A program made the position numbers and the translations under genes. From positions 2,727,788 to 2,791,787 of the forward strand of contig OZ253480.1 in assembly GCA_965261895.1 (NCBI GenBank): 64,000 nt of DNA, written 5' to 3'. Positions 58,201 through 64,000 of this stretch are shown in pieces. Under the pieces are notes generated by a model. It was not told the origin of the DNA. It did no database searches and was given only the letters and a program-made list of their open reading frames with translations. The DNA comes from an uncultured Candidatus Binatia bacterium. GTDB lineage: Bacteria > Desulfobacterota > Binatia > UBA9968 > JAJDTQ01. How positions within the stretch are numbered: the stretch's first letter is position 1; the number at the start of each line of letters is the position of its first letter.

Positions 58201-58476
58201 GATTTCGGATTGCCCCTCGCGAGAGGTGGAGAGCATCTCGTTGACGCCGTCGACGTTGCGGACCTGGTCCTCGATCCTGGCGGTGATGAGCCCCTCCACC
58301 TCCTCGGGCGAGGCGCCCGCGTAGCGCGTATCGATGCGGACCACTCGGCGGGAGAAGTCGGGGAACAGCTCTCGCTTCAACCGCACGTAGGAGACCGCGC
58401 CGGAGATGAGGATCAGGAGCACCAGCAGGTTGACGATGACGGGGTTCCCGATGGAGAACTCGATCAGCTTCTTCAT
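55300..58476 (-). CDS. RND-family efflux transporter permease (AcrB/CzcA-like)
   Basis: 1058 aa with 12 TM helices and two large periplasmic loops; AcrB-family blocks. Confidence 0.9.
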   Translation of the reverse strand: MKKLIEFSIGNPVIVNLLVLLILISGAVSYVRLKRELFPDFSRRVVRIDTRYAGASPEEVEGLITARIEDQVRNVDGVNEMLSTSREGQSEIRLQMQSDTEMSRALGDVRAALDRVVGLPEEAEEPRVSEVVSTIPVITVSLSGDILEQELREIAKDVRDQLRRVDGVATVSIFGIRESRILIEIDPEQLDQYRLSLDEIRAAVNNQNRNVPGGALKTARGEVLVRTLGVAAGVADVERMILRSTDTGHALTVGDVAAVRESFEDPTFLARFDGKPSINLVVVKERSGDTISVAERVRDSVAEIRKTLPGTVSVGVFNDFSVFIRNRLSTLGESGAIGLAIVLATLCVFVRGRIALLTSLGIPFAVLGCLVLMSVIGLSLNMISAFGLILVLGLLVDDAVIVTENVYRYVEQGMPPKEAALQGTYEVAWPVVTTVLTTVAAFVPFLLLPGTIGFFLRPLPFVVTFALLLSLLEVLFILPSHLSDVITPAYANKLRRGERLWLTRLRHRERLTGLRRLHVPGQRLWLTSLRHVYEKVLGVAVRWRYVAVTVIVAASVLLAAAAQYRVPFVLFREFESSQFFVNFETSANAKLEDTEAVAVQAEEIVLGLPPGELKSMATTVGIAFLDVNRVVRGSNVGQLTLELHDDHSRTAAEVIDDLRGKMERIPGITKLQFLGLQAGPGGPAIEARIIGEDLASIRRLTEEVKGFLATLPGVRDIRDDLVAGKEEIRIRLKPEGRTLGLDLRGLARQVQQGFQGVEASSIQRGDEDVPIVVRFPRDQRSHVDTVSRLKLTLPSGERVFLRDVADIRTGISASQINRDDRKRTLSVFAEVETGKTTVVEATDALKRQFADAGRRYPGQRVVVKGERQEMEESLASLPQISLITLLVIYFVLGSLFKSFIQPFIVMAAIPFGLGGVVIGHLVMGENLSFMSLLGFIALAGVVVNDSLILVDFINRSRRSGTSAYDSIIQSGVVRLRPVMLTTVTTVGGLVPLAFFATGQAKFLSPMAISVVWGLSFATVLTLILTPCLYAMLDDAKGIARRWFRFGAAAPDGVVAEHS

Positions 58477-59726
58477 GAGGACAGATCCCGGCGCGTGACC
58501 ATGCGGATGCGGGCGCCGTCCAGCAGCAGGCGCTGTCCGGCGGTCACGAGGAGGTCCCCGGGTTCAAGGCCCGCGGCGATCATGTAACGCGCCCCGAACC
58601 GCCGGGCGATGCGGATCGGGCGTCGCGTCGCCAGCCCCGAATCAGGATTCGCCACGAAGACGCTCGGCTTGTCGTCCTCGAAGATGACGCTTTCCCGCGG
58701 AATCATGATGGCCCCGGGATAGTTGCGGACCGGGATGACGGCCCGCGCGAACGTCCCGGGAAGAAGCTTGCGGCCCGGGGAGTTGGACATGTAGATCTCG
58801 ACCGGAAACGAACGGGTTTGCTGGTCCGCTCGCGGGCCGATGTTGGCGACCCGTCCGGTAAATGTCTCGTCCAAACCACGCACCCGAACGTTGGCAACGA
58901 TTCGAGAGTCGAGCCGGTGGATGTCCGCGGCCGGAATGCGCACGTCGAGTTTCACCGTCTCGACATCGGCCAGTTGGAAGAGCACCTGGCCCGGAGCGAC
59001 ACGCTCCCCGAGAGTCACGTTCTTGCGCGCGATGACGCCGGCGAAAGGCGCGCGGATCTCGGTATCTTTCAGGGTCGCTTGCGCCTGCTCCAGTTGAACG
59101 TTGGCCAGGGCGAGATCCGCCTCGGCGATGGCGTGTAGCGCTTCCGTCTCCCGCTCTCCGCTCTTGGCCGACTCGAGCTCTTCCTCGATTCGCCGCCAGG
59201 CCAGTTCCTGCCGCTCCGCCGCCTGGTTGGACACCAGCTCCTTCTTCAGGAGCTTGGTAAACCGCTCGTGCTCCGCGCGCGCCAGCCGCAACTGTTGGCG
59301 GTTCAGTTGCACCGACTTGCGCTGCCTTTCGATATCCACCGAAGCCTTCCGGACCCTTGCCTTCGCGCCGGCCACCTGCGCCGCCGCTTTCCGCACGGCG
59401 ATCTCGTAGTCCCGGGACTCCACTTGTGACAGCAGCTCGCCGGCCCGAACCACGCTGCCGAGATCGATATTCGGGGGAATCCGGACGATCCGGCCGCTGA
59501 TCTCCGCGCTGACCGGACCTTCCCGCACGGGGGAGATCGTCCCCAAAGCCTCGATCCGGTGGACGAAATCGGTGGCCACCACCACGCCCACCTCCACCGG
59601 CACGGGCGCGGCTGCCGGTTCCAGCCGGGGCTTCTCTTCGACATCGCTGATGACGTACACGCCGACAGCGGCGACGGCGCTCACCAGGAGGATGAGCAAT
59701 ATCGAGATGGCGATCCGGACCTTCAT
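58473..59726 (-). CDS. RND efflux periplasmic adaptor (membrane fusion protein, HlyD family)
   Basis: 417 aa with a signal anchor, coiled-coil hairpin and beta-barrel domains. ATGA coupling with the permease gene. Confidence 0.8.
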   Translation of the reverse strand: MKVRIAISILLILLVSAVAAVGVYVISDVEEKPRLEPAAAPVPVEVGVVVATDFVHRIEALGTISPVREGPVSAEISGRIVRIPPNIDLGSVVRAGELLSQVESRDYEIAVRKAAAQVAGAKARVRKASVDIERQRKSVQLNRQQLRLARAEHERFTKLLKKELVSNQAAERQELAWRRIEEELESAKSGERETEALHAIAEADLALANVQLEQAQATLKDTEIRAPFAGVIARKNVTLGERVAPGQVLFQLADVETVKLDVRIPAADIHRLDSRIVANVRVRGLDETFTGRVANIGPRADQQTRSFPVEIYMSNSPGRKLLPGTFARAVIPVRNYPGAIMIPRESVIFEDDKPSVFVANPDSGLATRRPIRIARRFGARYMIAAGLEPGDLLVTAGQRLLLDGARIRMVTRRDLSS

Positions 59727-60322
59727 TCAAGGCTCCTCATGACCGTTCGTGTGAGGAAGTCCGTCATCTCGTCCAGGTCGAAGGCCTGCTGGTCGTACAG
59801 CCAGTGCAGCGCCAACCCGTCGACGCACGCGAGGATGTGTTCGGCGGCGAGCCTCGGGTGGTCGCAGTGGAAGAAGCCGCCGGCGACACCCGCCTCGACC
59901 ACCAGCACCAGGTCGTCGATGGAGGATTGGTAGGCGTCCCGCAACTGCATGCGCAAAAGGCTCTGCTGCTCGGCCCGGCCGGCTTCGGCCCAAACATCGC
60001 AGAAAACGTAGAAGAAGGGCTCCCATTGACGGAAGCTGGCGAGAGCGGCGGCCAGGAAACCCGCGATGATCTCGGGAGGCTCCTCGATGCCCTTCAGTTT
60101 CTCGGCATAGTAGTCCTTGAGCTTGGCCAGCATGTAGCCGTGCAGCGCCTGGAGGAGTTGATGCTTGCTCTCGAAGTACTCGTAGATGGTCCCCTTGCCG
60201 ATCTTGGCGGCAGCCGCTACTTCCTCCATCTTCGAACGATGGAAGCCCTTGCTGGCAACGACGGTCATTGCCGCTTCCAGGATCTCCGAGCTCTTGCGCT
60301 CCTTGTCGACGACGATAGGCAT
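59723..60322 (-). CDS. TetR-family transcriptional regulator
   Basis: 199 aa with an N-terminal TetR HTH (GFHRSKMEEVAAAAKIGKGTIYEYFESK). Overlaps the adaptor gene start. Confidence 0.8.
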   Translation of the reverse strand: MPIVVDKERKSSEILEAAMTVVASKGFHRSKMEEVAAAAKIGKGTIYEYFESKHQLLQALHGYMLAKLKDYYAEKLKGIEEPPEIIAGFLAAALASFRQWEPFFYVFCDVWAEAGRAEQQSLLRMQLRDAYQSSIDDLVLVVEAGVAGGFFHCDHPRLAAEHILACVDGLALHWLYDQQAFDLDEMTDFLTRTVMRSLE

Positions 60323-60325
60323 TTT

Positions 60326-60394
60326 TCAATAGGCATTCGTCAATAGACACTCGTCAATAGAGGCATTTGTCGATTGACCGGTCAGCCGGTCAAT
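60326..60394 (-). promoter_or_regulatory. Candidate TetR operator/promoter: direct repeats TCGTCAATAG (x2-3) and palindrome ATTGACCGG-TCAG-CCGGTCAAT
   Basis: Perfect 9-bp-arm inverted repeat at 60373-60394. TCAATAG repeats at 60327-60360, immediately upstream of the tetR-like start. Confidence 0.45.
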
Positions 60395-60451
60395 TTAAAA
60401 ACTATATCCACGCACCCCACAAGTCAATGATTCATTCACTGCTTTGCCGCT

Positions 60452-61294
60452 CTACTGATCGTCGCCGGCGGGTTCCGCCCCGGTGGCCTTCCGGTCCCCT
60501 TCAGGGATGATCAGAAGCCGGCGGAAGGCACCGCTGCCGACGCTTTCGGTGGTGAGCCAGGGGTCATCCTTCAGGGCCAGATGAACGACACGCCGGTCCC
60601 GGGCGCTGAGGGCGTCGAGCTCCTGGGTCTTGCGGCTGCGCTTGGCGTTCTCGCCCATGCGCAATGCCATGTCCTCCAGGGATCTCACACGCTTGCCGCG
60701 GTAGTCTTCCGCATCGACGATGGGCTGAGGGTCGTCCGGCCCCAGTTTCTCGGCCACGATACGGCTCAGGATGTGCTGGAGAGCCTCCAAGGTCTGACCC
60801 CTCCGGCCTATGAGCAGGGCGGTGCTGTCGCCCCGGATATCGAGGACGAACTCCGACGGACCCGTGCCCGGCTTGACCACCACCTCCGCGGCCACACCCA
60901 TGAGCCGGAGTATCTCCGTGAGCACGTCGACGCTGACCCTGCGGATCTCCGCGAAGTCTTCATCCGTGTCCGCGAATTCCTCAACCGCCTCGCTGTCTTC
61001 AGGCTCGCTCGCCGGGGGCTCGGGCGGCGCGGGCTCCGCCTGCGGCGTTTCGGCCGGCTTGTTTGACGGCGCCCCGGCGGCCTGGCTGTCCCTGGGATCT
61101 TCGGCCGGCGCTACCGCCACCGCCTCCCGGATCGTGGCGCGGACGCGGGCGTTCTGGCGTCCAAAGCCGAGCAGACCCACCTTTTCCTCTGCCAGGATGT
61201 CCAGCGACACTCTGTCCCGCTCGACGCCCAGCAGGTTCAGGGCCTTGGTGATGGCCTCGTCAAGGGTTTCTCCTTCCGTCTCCACTTGCTTCAT
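60452..61294 (-). CDS. jag: Jag/KhpB-like R3H/KH RNA-binding protein
   Basis: Probable ATG at 61294 with a GGAGGAGAGG RBS. N-terminal Jag domain, acidic linker, KH and R3H motifs (GRRGQTLEALQHIL). Confidence 0.8.
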   Translation of the reverse strand: MKQVETEGETLDEAITKALNLLGVERDRVSLDILAEEKVGLLGFGRQNARVRATIREAVAVAPAEDPRDSQAAGAPSNKPAETPQAEPAPPEPPASEPEDSEAVEEFADTDEDFAEIRRVSVDVLTEILRLMGVAAEVVVKPGTGPSEFVLDIRGDSTALLIGRRGQTLEALQHILSRIVAEKLGPDDPQPIVDAEDYRGKRVRSLEDMALRMGENAKRSRKTQELDALSARDRRVVHLALKDDPWLTTESVGSGAFRRLLIIPEGDRKATGAEPAGDDQ

Positions 61295-61349
61295 CACAAA
61301 CCTCTCCTCCACGGGGCGCGACAGACCTGGGGTTGCCGGGCGCAGGCCG

Positions 61350-62981
61350 TCAACGCTCTTTTCGGTTGATCAAGTATTGCTGAAGGATGCTCAGAAGATT
61401 GTTCACGAACCAATAGATCGTGAGCCCGGATGGGAAGCTCACGAAGATCACGGTAAACACCAGCGGCATGAGCATCATCATGCGCCGCTGGTTCGGATCG
61501 CCGACGGCCGGGGACATCCACTGCTGGATGAACATGCTCGCGCCCATGAGCAGAACGAGCACCGGAATGCCCACGTCATAGCCGAAAGCGGAGAAGGGGA
61601 GCGCTTCCCAGTCCGGACGGGAAAGGTCCTTGATCCACAGAAAGGTCGCGTGACGCAGTTCGATGGGTGTGAGCAGGGCGTTGTAGAATCCGATGAAAAA
61701 GGGAAATTGAAGGAGCATGGGCAGACAGCCTCCAAGCGGGTTCGCCTTGTTCCGCTTGTAGAGGTCCATCATCTCCTTGTTGAGCCGGGTCTTGTCGTCT
61801 CCGAACTTTTCCTTGAGGCGCTGCATCTGCGGCTGAAGCTTCTGCATCCGCTTCATGGAGACGAAGCTCTTTTGCGTCAGCGGCCACAACAGCAGCTTGA
61901 TGACAAGCGTGAGCAGGATGATGGCCAGACCGTAGTTGCCCGTGTACGTCTGGAGAAAATGCAGCGCGCGCAGCATCGGCACCGAGATGAAGCCGAAGTA
62001 ACCGAAGTCGATGGACTGCTCGAGATCCAGTTCGAAGGACTTGAGCAGGTTGAGCGCCTTGGGGCCCATGAAGAGCTGGTAGCGGGCGGTGCGTTCCTGA
62101 CTCGAGATGAGCCGGCCGCGGGTTTCCAGGACAAAACCCCCATCCCGGCCCGCACTTGGCGCCACCGTCGCATCCGCCTCCACTCCTTCCGCGGGGATGA
62201 GGGCCGAAAAGAAATAGGTGTAGCCGAAGCCGACCCACGAAAGCGGAGCGTTGAGGTTGATCCGGGCTTCGATGTCGTCCGGCCATTCCCGTGTCAGATC
62301 GCCCTCGTGCAGCGCGATGACGCCCTCGAAAAGAGCATCGCCCTTGACGCCCTTGTTCTTGCCACTGGTGGTCAAGAGCAACGTGGCGCCCTGCGGCGAC
62401 CCCGCGATCGAGACGCCCACGTCCACCGCGTAGCTCGAACCGCTGAAGGTGAACTGCTTGACCACACGTTGACCCGACGGCGTCGCGCCGACGAAGGTGA
62501 GACTCCCGTCACGACCCTCCTGCAGGTTCAGGTCCGCGCCCCGGACTTTGTAGACGATGCCTTGATCGGTACCGGTGGGCGTATCGGCCAGGCGGAGGCC
62601 CAGGGGATGTTCCATCCCGGGTCCACGGGTAACCATCTCGATCAACGGGCTGTCGACGTCCACCCCGGCGCGGTACCGCGTCAAACGGAAGCTCTTGAGC
62701 CGGGCCCCCTGATTGGTAAAGCGTGCGATGTAGTCAGGGGTCTCCACCGTCACTTCCCGGATCGGGACGACCGGGACGTTCCGGGCCGCCTCGGCGGGAG
62801 CGGCCTGTGCTACCGGCGGCGGCTTCGGCGCCGCCCGCGGGGCAGGGGGCTGCTCCAGAGGCCGTGTTGCGGTCTCCTTGGCCGGAGGCGCCACCGGCGG
62901 ATAGAAACGCCTCATGTACTCCTGGTAGAGGATGATGACGAGGATCGAGATGACGACTGCTATGAAGGCTCGCTTTTCCAT
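61350..62981 (-). CDS. yidC: Membrane protein insertase YidC
   Basis: 543 aa with an N-terminal TM, a periplasmic domain and a conserved 5-TM C-terminal core. Confidence 0.9.
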   Translation of the reverse strand: MEKRAFIAVVISILVIILYQEYMRRFYPPVAPPAKETATRPLEQPPAPRAAPKPPPVAQAAPAEAARNVPVVPIREVTVETPDYIARFTNQGARLKSFRLTRYRAGVDVDSPLIEMVTRGPGMEHPLGLRLADTPTGTDQGIVYKVRGADLNLQEGRDGSLTFVGATPSGQRVVKQFTFSGSSYAVDVGVSIAGSPQGATLLLTTSGKNKGVKGDALFEGVIALHEGDLTREWPDDIEARINLNAPLSWVGFGYTYFFSALIPAEGVEADATVAPSAGRDGGFVLETRGRLISSQERTARYQLFMGPKALNLLKSFELDLEQSIDFGYFGFISVPMLRALHFLQTYTGNYGLAIILLTLVIKLLLWPLTQKSFVSMKRMQKLQPQMQRLKEKFGDDKTRLNKEMMDLYKRNKANPLGGCLPMLLQFPFFIGFYNALLTPIELRHATFLWIKDLSRPDWEALPFSAFGYDVGIPVLVLLMGASMFIQQWMSPAVGDPNQRRMMMLMPLVFTVIFVSFPSGLTIYWFVNNLLSILQQYLINRKER

Positions 62982-62987
62982 GGAATT

Positions 62988-63209
62988 TCACGGAACGGGG
63001 TCGTACCCTCCGGCGTGGAGCGGGTGGCAGCGCAGAATTCTGAAGGCGCCCAGGCGAAGCCCCTTGACAACGCCGTGACGGTCCACCGCCTGCAACGCGT
63101 AGGCCGAGCACGTCGGAAAGAACCGGCAAGAGCGCGGCAGCAACGGCGAGAGAAACCGCTGGTAGGCCCGGATGCAGATTCGCACGGCGGTACGGGCAAT
63201 CGTGGTCAT
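62988..63209 (-). CDS. yidD: Membrane protein insertion efficiency factor YidD
   Basis: 73 aa with the family block [26 protein letters not shown]. Confidence 0.85.
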   Translation of the reverse strand: MTTIARTAVRICIRAYQRFLSPLLPRSCRFFPTCSAYALQAVDRHGVVKGLRLGAFRILRCHPLHAGGYDPVP

Positions 63210-63213
63210 TGGA

Positions 63214-63570
63214 TCATCGGGACTGTCCGTTCGGGCCGACTACTTTGCGGAGTTCTGCGGTCATCTCCGCGTGACTCAACTCTCCCGCCCCTCTGCGGGC
63301 AATGACGACCGTATCCTGGTCGGGGCGAAAATTTTTGCGCCCGCGACGGAAGAACTCGCGCAGCCCGCGCTTCACGCGGTTGCGCACCACCGCGTTCCCC
63401 ACCTTGGAACTGACCGTGACTCCCAGCCGTTTCCCCAGATGGTCGTTGTGGTTTCGGATTATGATGAAGTGCGGCGTGTAGAATTTCCTGCCCCTGCGAG
63501 ACAGCAGCAGGAACTCGGAACGTCTAGTCAGGCGGGCTTCCCTTGGGAAACTCTCGCGGACACAGGACAA
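63214..63570 (-). CDS. rnpA: RNase P protein component
   Basis: 118 aa with the RNR motif region ([15 protein letters not shown]). TTG start as listed; the exact start is uncertain. Confidence 0.78.
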   Translation of the reverse strand: MSCVRESFPREARLTRRSEFLLLSRRGRKFYTPHFIIIRNHNDHLGKRLGVTVSSKVGNAVVRNRVKRGLREFFRRGRKNFRPDQDTVVIARRGAGELSHAEMTAELRKVVGPNGQSR

Positions 63571-63579
63571 CGGCTTGTC

Positions 63580-63741
63580 CTAGGAACGAGGACCCTTTGG
63601 TGGGATGACGACGGTCAACCGCTTTCTTCCCTTGGCCCTCCGGCGCCTCAGCACATTGCGTCCGCCAGGGGTCTCCATTCGCGCAAAAAAGCCGTGGGTT
63701 CTTTTTCGTTTCAGATTGCTTGGTTGATAAGTCCGTTTCAT
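63580..63741 (-). CDS. rpmH: 50S ribosomal protein L34
   Basis: Manual translation gives [53 protein letters not shown] (53 aa). Below the ORF-track size cut-off. Canonical rpmH-rnpA order. Confidence 0.85.
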   Translation of the reverse strand: MKRTYQPSNLKRKRTHGFFARMETPGGRNVLRRRRAKGRKRLTVVIPPKGPRS

Positions 63742-64000
63742 TTCCGCACCCTCATTTTCTTCAGTGCTCTATTTCAAGCATACGCGGGAGGGCTTGTCAA
63801 TTTGCGGAAGGCGCCGGGTGAATCTACCGGAAAGGGTTTTGGATTGCCCGGCGACGGGAGCCGCCACGCTTCCGCGCCCACGGCTTACACCGCTCGACGC
63901 ACCTTCGGTGCTAGTTAGTGTCTGCCAGAAAACCCCCACTTGTGCACGGGAACTGCGACGAACCGCGACAGTTTCGGCGAGGTTTCAGCCACGGAACGGG

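Noticed and set aside
60810-63305. 831-aa plus-strand ORF
   Set aside because: It is antisense to jag, yidC, yidD and rnpA.
36017-63570. Alternative-frame ORFs inside nuo genes and the pump genes (for example 38364..39281, 40891..41505, 56876..57373)
   Set aside because: They overlap strongly supported genes in other frames and have artefact-like composition.

Overview
This is a high-GC, Gram-negative-type bacterial chromosomal segment. Its lineage cannot be assigned from sequence alone. The content, from left to right:

- **Minus-strand catabolic supercluster (left).** Aldehyde dehydrogenase, aryl/acyl-CoA ligase, class II aldolase and a PhtD-like protein sit upstream of a three-subunit molybdenum hydroxylase arranged coxM-coxS-coxL-like. 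The large-subunit gene is translationally coupled to a ferritin-like protein of unknown function that runs off the window start.
- **Plus-strand transporter cluster.** TctB-TctA-DUF1989-TctC-MmgE/PrpD, followed by a convergent amidohydrolase.
- **Minor type IV pilin genes and housekeeping genes.** pilD-fimT-pilV-pilW, a QueG/reductive-dehalogenase-like Fe-S protein, then tmk-holB-metG-tatD-aroE.
- **Toxin-antitoxin and chaperone region.** A parDE pair, groES-groEL with a clean terminator, a GST, a nitrilase-superfamily hydrolase and a hicAB pair whose hicA is frameshifted.
- **An incomplete nuo operon (nuoA, C, D, H-N).** nuoB and nuoEFG are absent, and three copies of a ~189-bp MITE sit exactly at the gene junctions, each supplying the TAG stop codon of the upstream nuo gene.
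- **A lower-GC islet.** It holds a frameshifted Xre/DUF2384 antitoxin without its toxin, a stand-alone Mrr N-terminal-domain protein and an uncharacterised, translationally coupled two-gene operon.
- **Right end.** ribBA-pyrF-proS, a TetR-controlled RND efflux pump, and the origin-proximal jag-yidC-yidD-rnpA-rpmH cluster. rpmH is below the length cut-off of the ORF track.

The segment carries at least four families of palindromic repeats or MITEs. Many long ORFs in the six-frame track are antisense artefacts of the high GC content or translations of these repeats.
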